The notes: generated by a model from the sequence alone, not told the origin. Shown: positions 22,291 to 33,356, counted from the first letter of the stretch. The stretch: 37,404 nucleotides of DNA from Octopus bimaculoides (GCF_001194135.2 NC_068985.1:1535079-1572482), one strand, 5' to 3'. Program-made: numbers and translations.

Positions 22291-23573
22291 TTGGGTCATC
22301 TCATAAATAATGCGGTTTTTTCAATTGTATGAACTAAAAGTCGGAGGGGGCGGGATAAACTACCTGCATCAAATTGCTATAAAAGCAGGTAGTTATTTTT
22401 ATCTTGTCCTTATTCTTAGTGCAAGTTTTGAAGAGTGCAGTTCGATTTTAAGTTATTTTTTCAAAGCTATAATGGAAGTGACAAAAGAGCATATTCGGCA
22501 TATTTTGATTTATGAGTTCAATAAAGGTAACAACGCAACGGAAAGTGCGATGGATATTAATGCAGCATATGGGGATCGGACAATAAGCGTAAGTCAGTGT
22601 CAACAGTGGTTCCAGAAATTCTGAGCCGGAAACTACAGCCTTGAAGACGTCTCTCGTCCTAGAAGATCTGTAGAGCTTGACGAGGACGTCCTACAAACCC
22701 TGGTGGAATAAAATCCCATCGTAACTGTCAAGGAACTTGCAGAGAAGCTTGGATTTGGTCATTCAACCATTCATCGACACGTGCGTGCCATCGGAAAAGT
22801 CTATATATTGAGTCAATGGGTTCCTCACAAACTTTCCGAGTCTAATCACGTGCAGAGTGTGAATGTGTGCTCTTCTTTGGTATCACGTCTCACGGATGAA
22901 CCTTTTTTGGACCGAATAGTGACTGGTGACGGGAAATGGGCTCTCTTTAAGAATGCCAAGCGCTGAAGACAGTGGGTAGGGAAAGGAGAAACACTGGCAC
23001 CTCAGGCTAAAGAAGGTCTTCACCCATGTAAGATGTTGTTATCTGTTTGGTGGGATATGAAAGGTTTAGTCCACTTTGAACTTTTAAACCCAAACCAAGC
23101 GATAACAAAGGAGATCTGGAAGCGGCTTGAGCGGCTTAAGTCAGCACTAGAATTAAAACGACCATTTTTCGTTTCAAGATGAAAGGTGCTCTTCCATCAA
23201 GATAATATTCGGCCACATACAGCGAGAATGACATTCCAAGGGCTGGAGCAGTTTGAATGGGAAACGATGCCTCCCCTACCATATTTTCTGGACATTGCCC
23301 GATCTGATTATTATTTATTCCACAGTCTTCAAAATCATTTGGATGGAAAAAGTATGAATTCTGTTGACGTGGTCAGAACAGTACTGGAGGAGTATTTTTC
23401 ATCATGGAAAAGTGAATTTTGGAAGAGGAGCCTTGCAAGTCTACCAAATAGATGGAAGAGCATTGTAGAAAATGAAGGAGAGTATATTTCAGATTAAATA
23501 AGAACTTTGTTTATCTTAATTTTTAAAAATAAAAGAAGTATAAAAAGACTGCATTATTTCTGGGATGATCCAA
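22291..23573 (+). mobile_element. Full-length mariner element (1283 bp) with TIRs and TA TSD
   Basis: TA|TTGGGTCATCTCATAAATAATGCGGTTTTT ... AAAAAGACTGCATTATTTCTGGGATGATCCAA|TA: ~30-bp TIRs with 5 mismatches. Confidence 0.95.
22472..23497 (+). pseudogene. mariner D,D34D transposase pseudogene (single frame, 4 premature stops)
   Basis: MEVTKEHIRHILIYEFNKG..WVPHKL..IVTGDGKW..LHPCKMLLSVWWD..LFHQDNIRPH-(34 aa)-DYYLF..YISD*. Stops at 22622, 22709, 22964 and 23180. Confidence 0.95.
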
Positions 23574-23577
23574 TATA

Positions 23578-23582
23578 TATGT

Positions 23583-23629
<47 letters not shown>

Positions 23630-23714
23630 CGACCACGTATGTTTACACATTTATACACACCACACACCACACACACACACATATATATATATATACGACC
23701 ACGTNNNNNNNNNN

Positions 23715-23748
<34 letters not shown>

Positions 23749-23795
23749 CGACCACGTATGTTTACACATTTATACACACCACACACCACACACCA

Positions 23796-23847
<52 letters not shown>

Positions 23848-23860
23848 GTATGTATATACA
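23578..23860. repeat. (CA)/(TA) microsatellite with a duplicated unit spanning a 10-N gap (23705-23714)
   Basis: The unit TATACGACCACGTATGTTTACACATTTATACACACCACACACC occurs on both sides of the gap. Confidence 0.85.
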
Positions 23861-24774
23861 TAAATATATACGAAGTTGTGGGGGAAATTCATTTTTATAT
23901 ACGCAGGTAAAAATGTATTTTGCCGAGAAGTGATTTTCTGTAGAATTTATTGAAATTTTTGCATATGTCAAAACAATTCCTGTTATTCGAAACAATAGAT
24001 CGAAACCAATCTAGTGGCACGTAATATGTAATTCTATATTAATAATTTCGTGTGTCTATTGAGCATACAAGGACCTCGGGGCATTTGCCTCTCTCCTCCC
24101 ACCCCACACACTTTAAACGGCTATAGCTGTATCACTCACAACACACATTCACACTCTCTCGTTCGTGAGCTAGGGACTTATCTCTGAAGATCCTTTTTCC
24201 TTTATAACGCTAACGTATCAGATTATGAGAATTTCCAAATCAAATTTCCTTCAATCCGAACCCTATCTCTTTCATACTCATCCGCATTTTCATTTCCCCC
24301 TTCTCTGTTTATCAGCATCTCTTTTCTGTATACGTCTTTAAATTGCAAGATATTGTTGATCGTTACAATCTGTTGATCCTAAACATATGAAAGAGACTCT
24401 TAATTGATTCGGCCTTCAACGATATTCATACACAATTTTCCACGATTCCTTCTGTTCTCAAATGAACCATAATTAACTGCAAAGTACACATAGCCTCTTT
24501 GTTTATCTGTTTTACATTCTCTTCTTGATTTTCATTTTACGCTGCTTGCTATCTTTTCTTCATCACTTCATTCAAGCAATTTTTTTTACTATCAAAGTGT
24601 AAAATAAAAATAGAAAACGAAAATAGTTTTAAACATTATTAACAAAACTTATGCTTTCAATTTAATTATTTTCGTTGAAATTTAGATATTTAGAGATATA
24701 TAGTTTTACAAAACTGATGATATGCAAACGTATACACAGATATTTTGTACAAACATTAAAAATCATATCCATTC

Positions 24775-24920
24775 GTGTGTGTATGTCTATGTATGTGTGC
24801 ATGCATGTGTATGTGTGTGTGTATGTATGTATGTATGTATGTAAGTATATATATATGTATGTATGTATGTATGTATACGCATGCACACATATGTGTGTAT
24901 GTGTGTGTGTGTGTGTGTAA
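24775..24920. repeat. (TG/TATG)n microsatellite
   Basis: Visible array. Confidence 0.9.
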
Positions 24921-25005
24921 ATGCATCACCATCATCACCATCATTATCCCCAATGTTTCGTTCATTTTGTCATACTGCGTAGATTTAGTGGGCCTCATAT
25001 TAAGT

Positions 25006-25399
25006 TGTAGTGACGCTCTAATAGCAGACGACATTTCCGGAAAGTTTATCCACGCATGCGCAGGGACTAGTTCCGGAAGGAATACAGGAAGAGTCTCATG
25101 CGCATGCGTAGTCATCGACATCCAAGCTTTCGCGCTTCTTTTCATTCTCTTTCACCCTGGCCGACGAAGGGCCTAGACGTCGTAGCAGCCTCTCTCCATC
25201 ATTCCAACTCTGGAGCTACACAAATAACCACGCAACTTCATTGACGGCGTCTCAGTAACCAAAGGGCGAAGTGCTGCCGACTTCTATTGTAATAAATATT
25301 GTTGTGTTGATAGTTCAGAATCTGCGTTCCGTTGTTTCTTCAAGAAATTTAATGTACGGAAGCGGAGTACACCTAATGGTGTATAACCACTTCCCTACA
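25006..25399 (+). mobile_element. Solo LTR (394 bp), Ty3/Gypsy-like
   Basis: Starts TGTAGTGA and ends TCCCTACA (TG...CA, 7/8 terminal inverted repeat). Flanked by a 4-bp direct repeat AAGT (25002-25005, 25400-25403). AATAAA at 25291; CpG-rich relative to flanks. Confidence 0.85.
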
Positions 25400-26219
25400 A
25401 AGTTTATCCTAAAGGCGTAGCTGCTGGTTTGTCATTCCATTCACTTTGCAAAGAATGATGATTTTATGTGTGGGAGAATTTGCTTGCTTAAGCATTTGGC
25501 TGTGTGGTAGCATTGTGACAATTTCGGTAGATTTCTGTGTGTATGGATGAATGACTGGATGGATGGATGGCTAGATGAGTATTTTTATATGAGTGTGTGC
25601 GTCTGTGCGTGCGTGTGTTGTGTGTGTGGGGGAAAATATTCAGTGATGAGAATGAGTAATATTACAAAATAACCGTTGAGAGCAAACTTGGAGACCAGTT
25701 CGGAAAAACGATTGCAAAGTAATGTAGACCGACTGGCAACAATCAGAACGGAAAATACAGTTCTTGAATTTACTATTACATGGAGATACGAAGCGCATGA
25801 CTAGAATAAAGATAATCAAATGCAAGTCAAATCAATTGAAAGGAAAGACACATAGATTAGGAATGTGTTGATACACCTGGAAATTAGTCAAATGAAACCA
25901 AGGAAGATCTTCAGGTCCTTCAGTTATTGAAATTCGTCAGAGTGTTGGTAAATCTGATTATATCTGCCAATGACTGGCATTTTCAATGACACACTAAGAC
26001 AAGAGTGATGCAGTAAAGGAGCGAAATATAGGGAATTTACTGGTAAAGATGAGGTAAATGTTAGAAAAAAGGGTCAAAGCTGAATTAATGTTAGAATGAA
26101 TTAATAATAATGCAGATGGGATCAAGTTTAAGTTTACGGTAACTATTATAAGCCAGCAAGGGTACACGATTACTTGAACCGTTAGAAATAAGAGCTAAGT
26201 TTCTTTCATTACACCCTAC

Positions 26220-26420
26220 CATCATCATCATTATCATCATTCTTTAACGTCTACTTTCCACGTTAGCATGGGTTGGAGATTTGACAATAGCTGACCAGCC
26301 AGAGAGCTGCCCAGGTTCCAGTTGTCTGCTGTTGCATGGTTTCTATGGCTGGATGCCGTTCCTAACACCAACCACTTTACAGAGTGAACTGGGTGCTTTT
26401 TTACGCGGCACAAACACGGC
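26220..26420 (-). mobile_element. (ATG)n-tailed retroposon 3' part
   Basis: (ATC)n-TTTAACGTCTACTTTCCACGTTAGCATGGGTTGGA..GGCTGGATGCCGTTCCTAACACCAACC, homologous to 16682-16970 and 4482-4529. Confidence 0.7.
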
Positions 26421-26984
26421 TGCTTTTTGTGTAAAAGAAAGGACATGCTGCATCAAACAGTCTTATATATACAGGTAGCGAGTTACCTGTCATATATACA
26501 GGTTGAGAGTTACCTGTCATATGACGGATAATTTTGGAAGTATAAATTTTCACCGTAAGAAATATAACAAAGATGCAATAATTCTATCAAATTATTTTCT
26601 GCTTATACAAGATGACATGAACGCTATATTTCTTTTAAAATATCTCTTGCTCTGGTATTTATTCCCTCTCCTCCTCTTCCTATGTCTCTCTGATCTTTTC
26701 TCTCTCACTGTGTATCGTATTCTTTTACTTATTGTTTACCACCAAGTCTAGTACGTGCATTCATTCTGCTGCACCTCTAATCTTATCTTCCGTATCTCTC
26801 TTCTATTCTTACTGCCACTTTCTCTATACGGCGTAGGGCGTGACCAGAGAATTCAACCAACTAACAAACAAAACATCTATATCGGCCATTATAAAACAGA
26901 GATACCTAGATAAGCTAATGTTATGTCCGGAACATCTTTGGTAAGTCTGCTCAGTCAGGACGGAATAATCATTTTTCTAATATA

Positions 26985-27158
26985 TGCACAATGACAGGAA
27001 TTTGGTGGGATGAGGTTAGTTGATTAAATCGACAACAGTATCTAGTCATGATATTTTATTTTATCGATACCACGGGAATCAGAGACAAAATTTGTGTCAA
27101 CGGAATTTGAACTCAACATAACAAGCCAAAAATGTTCCACATAGTATTTTGTCCAACA
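26985..27158 (-). mobile_element. Decayed tRNA-derived SINE (GAGCTGGCAGAA family)
   Basis: GTTGATTAAATCGAC..TATTTTATCGA..CGGAATTTGAACTC. Confidence 0.55.
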
Positions 27159-27744
27159 CTTTGAAACAAGTGAAGTGTATAACAAACTGAAGAAGCGTGA
27201 CATGCTAAACTTACCAAATTTAGAAGAAAATGCTCGAAAAAAAAGTGTGAAAGAAATAGGGAACTTAAGACGTGTAACTATATTTATGAAGCAAAAAAAA
27301 TTAGATTATCCAAGGTGGCTGTGAGAGTTGAGGGACGTTTGACTACTATTTCTAATAGTTTAAGCTACCACACAGAAGTAAGTTTGGTTTGTTTGCACCG
27401 TGTCATTTTGTTACGTTATTATTGCTTAGACTTAGGTCAACTTTAATTCATTTCATCAAATGAGATCAAGCTATGAACATCCTTTTCTTTTTTCGGACAT
27501 TGTGTATCTACGACTACATTTTACAAAATGTCCTTCTTTTTTTGAAGATGGTAAAGTATAAGCTGAGAAAGTTTTGTCATTTTGTCTGGCTGAGCAAACC
27601 CATTGGAGCAGGAATGGCAAACCATTTGCTTTGCAATGGAATTTGTAATCGCCTACTGATCAGTTTCTAAAACCCTGACGGAAATTAGAAAGGGTTAACC
27701 CTTCAGGACCCAACCAATAACTTAATGTATGCTGCTTTTAACAT

Positions 27745-28250
27745 TGTTATTGAGAATATAGCAGGTATTCGAAACCGAACCTCTGGATACGCGATCAGAT
27801 ATCACGAGCAAACCACAACAGTTTCACGTGATTGGTCTATTAAGCAACCAATCAGCGTCAAGCTATCACATGATTCAGTTTTCTAGAACTTTCTGTTTAT
27901 GCTTTATATAAAGCCGCTTTTGGCACCAACTCTTTGCAGAGTGTTGAAACCGGCCGATTCATTCGCACGTCTCGCTTCTGTCCAGGCAGGATATTGGAAA
28001 GCGGCCTCTAATATGCACCTCCACTTTAGCGAGGGACATTTGAACAGACATCTCCAGGGACAAACCGAACATTCATACAATATCTCATAAGTAACTTCTT
28101 TTGAAGCGGTGTAATGTTTCCATCTCTCCCAGTATGTAATTATTGTTATTATTTGTAATAGATGAATACAGTTAAAACTCTATACACAAAGATAAAATCT
28201 GTTAATTGTTCGAGAGTGTTTTCAGTTACTTCTTTACGCAGCCCAATACA
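27745..28250 (+). promoter_or_regulatory. LTR-like segment with Pol II promoter module
   Basis: Starts TGTTATTG and ends CAATACA. CACGTG at 27825, GATTGG at 27830, CCAATC at 27848, TATATAAA at 27905. No matching TSD found, so the boundaries are uncertain. Confidence 0.45.
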
Positions 28251-29323
28251 CTGTGGCTCGGAAATGAAACCTTAAACCCACTAGAAAACTCATTGCAGTC
28301 CCAGACCATCTACGTGATCAAAAGAGAATTGTAAACTGCTTGATGTAAAAAAAGGAATCAGTTTCTTGTTGCCAAGCCACAAGCCAGAGCAAATAGTAAA
28401 AGATTCAGCTCTTCACCGATGTCTACAAGAAAATAGATGCCAACAGTTTGGTTACTGGTATTAAAAAAGTGAATGATTGCTTTACGATCAGATAACCCGG
28501 CCATCATCCATTCCTAGCATCGTCGTTTCTCGTATGAAAAAGGGAGCTTTCAATGAAGGATCAATAGGTATACACAAAGGTGAATATAGCCATCTAATTA
28601 TCACTTTCATCCGGAAAATCTGGAGGAAACAGAGCTATAAGAACGCCGGCATGGAAAATGATATGAACGGTTACCATTTGTACCCGTTCATCTGCAGATT
28701 TAGAATCACTCAAGTTTCATTGCATTTGCCAATTCTGATTTATCATTTGGTTAGTATGGAAAGGGGTCATTCTAAAGTCGACGGTGTAAAACGCTCATGG
28801 TAAGTAAATCAGTGGTTAAGGATGAAAACACTCCTGCAATACAATATGGTAATACAGAGAGATGATGGAAAGAATTTGTCTTTCGTTGATGTCGTAGAAT
28901 TTGAGTGGTAGAACCAAGCCATTTTCGTTAAAAAATAGCTGGTTTAAGATGTTCCTCTTACAAGCTATTGTCACCCAGTAGGCATCCAGTGAAGAATCTG
29001 GAAGGACTTTCACCCCACCCACCCCACCGTTCCTCTGCAAAAAGAAGCTGGTAAACTGGTGCAGGTATCTACTGAGGGATAGAGGTCCGTTTAATTGGCT
29101 TCTTCTTTAACGCATTCTAATTTGCATAGTTCGTTAGGACAGAAATATTGCAAAGAATTATTTTTAAAGATCTCTTAATGGAGCGAACTGAGAATGTATA
29201 CAACTGTAAGAACGACCGTCCGACCAAAAAGGAGAAATGGTGACGAATGGAAAAATAGGGCTTCTTTTATTAAACGCGTCAGACGGTCGAACACAAAATT
29301 ATATCGGAATGATATATCAAATA

Positions 29324-30198
29324 TGTTATGCTTCGATAACATAGTGAATTCGTAAATGCCAGTAAAGGAAGACAATAGAACACAACCGATAGAGATTAAT
29401 AACAGTAATATTTATTGTTGCATTAAAATGTATGTCTGTGTGTGAGTGTGAATGCGACATATTAAAACATAATAAAAGACAGGCCGTCGTGTAAAGAAAA
29501 GAGTGTGTGTAAGTGATACATGTATGTGTATGCGTGAGATACAGCAGATAGAAAAAGAGTCAGTAACACGTGTGAGCATTTATACCAGTTCTTAGAGTAC
29601 AGTGGTATGTGTCTGTATGTAAGAAGTTGAGGCAGTGCGATCACTCGTTGTGATGTTAGGGCTTCCATGCCGAGCCGGGTTCTTGTCTATTATTTCGTGG
29701 CGAAGGTGAATCACACAAACAGAATCGAAGAGAGATGTGCCGCGGTAGTTTGGTAGCTTGTGTACGTGGAAAGTCGTGTTGACGATGTTGGCGACGTCGG
29801 TGGTGAATCTTGTAGTTCGTAGAGACGTGTTGACTGGCGGCGGCGATGCTGGTAGTAGTCGTAGAGTCGTGTTGCTGATGGCGACGTCGGTGGTAGTTGG
29901 ACGAAGCTGTGCTTGTTGTCGCTGGCTACTGCTGCTGTGTGGTACACGGAACAGGTCTCTAAGAGATCTGAACCGAGACGAATTAGCTGGGTATAATTTG
30001 GTCTATTTAAAGCAAAATAGGAGCTCCAGAGAGGTATTAGAAAAGCACTATCACGTGACCTTATTAGGAGCTGTGATTGGTCAGTTTGCGTTCTGGCGGG
30101 AACGGTACGAAGCAGTTGCCGCTTCAAATAATAATTAGTCACGTGATGACAGGGAAAGATGTTTTCTACTACGCCCGAACTTGATTATATTTATAACA
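29324..30198 (-). mobile_element. Probable solo LTR on the minus strand with internal ~45-bp tandem repeats
   Basis: Minus-strand start TGTTATAAATATAAT (30198) and end ..GCATAACA (29324), with a 6-bp TGTTAT terminal inverted repeat. In order: CACGTG x2 (30140, 30052), CCAAT (30075-30080), TTTAAATA (30004-30011), AATAAA (29411-29416). TSD not clean. Confidence 0.55.
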
Positions 30199-30789
30199 GC
30201 TAGAGAAGATGGCTTCTTTGTATATAATGGCGATCGAGGTGTTAGTTTCACTACACAACTGAAGGAGCCTCAAACAACATTTGGTATCTTTACTTCGATT
30301 TGGGTAAATTAAAGAGCTGGATCGTTGGTCCAGAAAGTAAGAATTTACCAGTTGACAGTAATCTGTATGGAAGGACAAATGTTCGAGTGCAAATTTTGAA
30401 TCATGTTATTATCACCAGTTGTAATGTAAATGAGTTAAAGCTAATAGCTCCATAGATTTAGGAAAACTCATAGATCAAAAGTCAGTTAATTACGTTATGA
30501 ATTTGAAAATAGAACATAATATAAAGATATAAGCACAGGATATAAGTGTACAAGAACAATGAAAGCGTATGAAACCACCGAGTTATTGCATCATGAAAAT
30601 ATATATAAAAAATGTTCAGTTTATTATGCATTATTAAGTTAGCAGCAAAATATCCAATTAAATAATGTCTATAGAAGCAGTTCATATTTATAAGAATGTG
30701 GCAGAGTTCATATGAATACGAATGTTCAGGAGAAAATTAATATGAAATAACTAAAGATAAATTCCAGATAATATTTCATATAACACTGA

Positions 30790-30982
30790 AGCGATGAGCT
30801 GGCAGAAACGTTAGCACACCACATGAAATGCTGAACGTTCTGAGTTCAAATTCCGCCAAGGTCGGTTTTACCTTTTATCCCTTCAGGGTCGATAAAATAA
30901 GTATCAGTCGAGCACTGGAGTCGATGCAATCACTTACCTGCTTCCTTCAAAATCACTGGCCTTGTGCCAAAATTTGAAACCA
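30790..30982 (+). mobile_element. tRNA-derived SINE (GAGCTGGCAGAA family)
   Basis: GAGCTGGCAGAAACGTTAGCA head, B-box GAGTTCAAATTCC at 30842, 3' end GGCCTTGTGCCAAAATTTGAAACC. Four reverse copies lie elsewhere in the window. Confidence 0.85.
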
Positions 30983-31599
30983 AAACTTCATACAATATTG
31001 CAGGCACAAAATGATTTGTGCAGCATCATTCGGCGTATGTGAATAAGCATTAAAGAATACATTATTTTCATGTGTGTGAGAACGTCCTGTTCTTAGTTAC
31101 ATGGATTCGTGCAGATACTACTACTACTAATACGTTCTGGTTATCAACGACAAACAACGTCCTTCATAACAATCAACAGCCTTGAAGAACCTCTCTGGAA
31201 AACGATTCGTGCCTAAAGGAAGTGATCTGATTGGCTGGAAATAACCAGTGTTTTAACATGCATAAGTGGGCTGCTCCACCTGCTAACATATATTATACAT
31301 GTTTAGACGAGGTCGGAAGTGATTCGGTGTGGTTATGTAGGACGTCGATGTGGAAAATCATAAACAATAAATGACTGAATGAAGAGTAAACAAACAGATA
31401 AATCACACAAGTAGCTTTATTGCCAAGAGAAATTATTGATACATGCACTAACGGAGTTAGAGTGTATGTCGCCCGAGGCGGCATTTCGATTTGCTGTATG
31501 ATCATAATACAAAAAAAAATACATATTGCCTACAGCACACGAAAAAGTGGCGCTGCCAGAGGCGAACCTCCCTCTGCGCTTCCCTCTAGTTACGTTGGT

Positions 31600-31830
31600 G
31601 CGTATATGGCCTAGTGGTTAAGGCTTACATCTGTGATTGCGAGATCCTAGTTTCGATTTTGGGATTGGGTGCTGCATTGTACTCTTGGGCAACACATTTG
31701 ATCCCAAGTTAGTCTGCGATCACTTTAACATCTGAATCTGTCCAGGCAACGTCGGTTTAACGGAGAGAGTGAGCTAATACTTACATTTGATCCCTCTAAA
31801 CAAACCATTTGTGCAGTTTGTTCGGCAAGA
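31600..31830 (+). mobile_element. Old tRNA-derived SINE (decayed)
   Basis: A-box TGGCCTAGTGG (31607-31617), degenerate B-box TAGTTTCGATT, then TTGTACTCTTGGGCAACAC. The 3' boundary is uncertain. Confidence 0.5.
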
Positions 31831-32189
31831 AATGGCAGAACAATCTTTCTCGGAGAACGAGAAACTACCATCATGAGGCCACCGACAAATGAGTCTCTCT
31901 GACGAGTAGTCCAAGAGTTTTATAGGTGTGAAACCAATGATCGCTCTCTGACAAACAACCTTCAATATGTGTGTGTGTGTTGTTTGTATGTGTGTATTTA
32001 TCTATCTATCTATCGCTCATTCTCCCCCACCTCTCTCTCTCTATACTTACATACTCGAAAAGACATAAATAACGGACAAGACATATCTTTTTATTTCAGC
32101 ATCTTTCATTTATATATGTATTCTTTTATATGTTTCAACTCAAAGGCTGTGGCCATGCTGAAGCGACGTGCACGTGCGCACGTGCGTGC

Positions 32190-32310
32190 GTGTGTATGTG
32201 TACATACATATGTATACGTGTACATACATATGTAAATATGTGTATGTATGTATGTATATGTATGTAAATGTGTGTGTGTGTGTATGTATGTGTGTGTGTG
32301 TGTGTGTGTA
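32190..32310. repeat. (TG/TATG)n microsatellite followed by a pyrimidine-rich low-complexity tract (to ~32660)
   Basis: Visible arrays. Confidence 0.85.
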
Positions 32311-32760
32311 GATATAGTTTATTTCTTCAGATACAGAGTCTTGAAATTGTCCAAAGAAACGGAATGAAACGAAGTAAAATCTTTCCGTCATTACATTCAA
32401 GAATTTGTCTGCCTCTACTAAAGAGATGGGGTTCCATTTCCAGCACAATATCTGCGACTCCACACTCTGTTTTTTTTTTATTTCTTTCTCTCTATCTCTC
32501 TATTATCCTCTACATTTTCCTTTTCTCCCCCTCCCTGTTTGTTTTTCTTTCACTCCCTACTATCTTTCGTTCCTTCCCCCTTCTCCTCACTCCCTCTGTT
32601 TCTTTCCTTCATCCTCTCCCTCGTTCCCCTTTCTTTCCCTCATCCTCTCTCTTCTCCCCCGTCCACTCTGCCTGTTGATCACACCAGATTATAGGCCATT
32701 TTTCTCGCCTCTGTCTTTTTGGAATGTGACGTCCAATTTTCCAGGTTTATAATCTTAAGA

Positions 32761-33130
32761 GGATGCGCAATGGCCCAGTGGTTTGGGCAGCGGAATCGCG
32801 GTCGTAGGATTGCGGTTTCGATTCCCAGACCGGGCGTTGTGAGTGTTTATTGAGCGAAAACACCTGAAGTTCGGCAGGGGATAGTGGCGAACCCAGCTGT
32901 ACTCTTTCACCACAATTTTCACTCACTCTTTCTTCCTGTTTCTGTTGTACCTGTGTTTCAAAGGGTCAACCTTGTTACACTCTGTGTCACACTGAATTTC
33001 CCCGAGAACTACGTTAAGGGTACACGTGTCTGTGGAGTGCTCAGCCACTTGCACGTTAATTTCACGAGCAGGCTGTTCCGTTGATCGTATCAACTGGAAC
33101 CCTCGTCGTCGTAACCGACGGAGTGCCAAG
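32761..33130 (+). mobile_element. Full-length tRNA-derived SINE with 14-bp TSD
   Basis: TSD TTATAATCTTAAGA at 32747-32760 and 33131-33144. A-box TGGCCCAGTGG at 32771-32781; B-box GGTTTCGATTCCC at 32814-32826. Confidence 0.92.
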
Positions 33131-33204
33131 TTATAATCTTAAGAATATTATTTCTCTTGCTCACATTTTTCCATGTAATATATGTGTGTGTGTGTGTGTG
33201 GGAA

Positions 33205-33324
33205 GAATTAAAAAAACAATATACGAAGACAGATGGTGTAGACAGCAAACAGATGTATTAGTTTAACGCTCGGGAAGTGAAAATGTCTTTAAAGTTTCGA
33301 TCGTACGCTCTTCCACAGAAGGGA

Positions 33325-33325
<1 letters not shown>
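33205..33325 (-). mobile_element. Penelope-like terminal fragment with decayed hammerhead motif
   Basis: Minus strand CTT-CTGTGGA-AGAGC-GTAC-GATC-GAAACTTT-AAAG at ~33323-33287. Confidence 0.45.

Positions 33326-33356
<31 letters not shown>

Noticed and set aside
23630-23800. Direct duplication around the 10-N gap
   Set aside because: Probably overlapping contig ends left unmerged by the assembler, not a biological repeat.
25690-25900. Possible CR1/L2 reverse-transcriptase remnant (RLQSNVDRL..)
   Set aside because: A single weak motif with no YADD box; insufficient support.
27689-27702. AAGGGTTAACCCTT palindrome as a junction of two piggyBac-type MITEs
   Set aside because: The opposite ends could not be found on either side.
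29711-30142. Overlapping 143-aa (minus) and 126-aa (plus) ORFs
   Set aside because: Explained by GC-rich tandem repeats inside the LTR-like element; the peptides are low-complexity.
31890-31945. CTGACGA...GAAA spacing as a hammerhead
   Set aside because: No helix II. The segment is instead a reverse fragment of the MITE at 9839-10010.
32761-32830. tRNA gene (also 31600-31665 and 34722-34790)
   Set aside because: A and B boxes are present, but there is no complete cloverleaf, and each continues into a SINE body.
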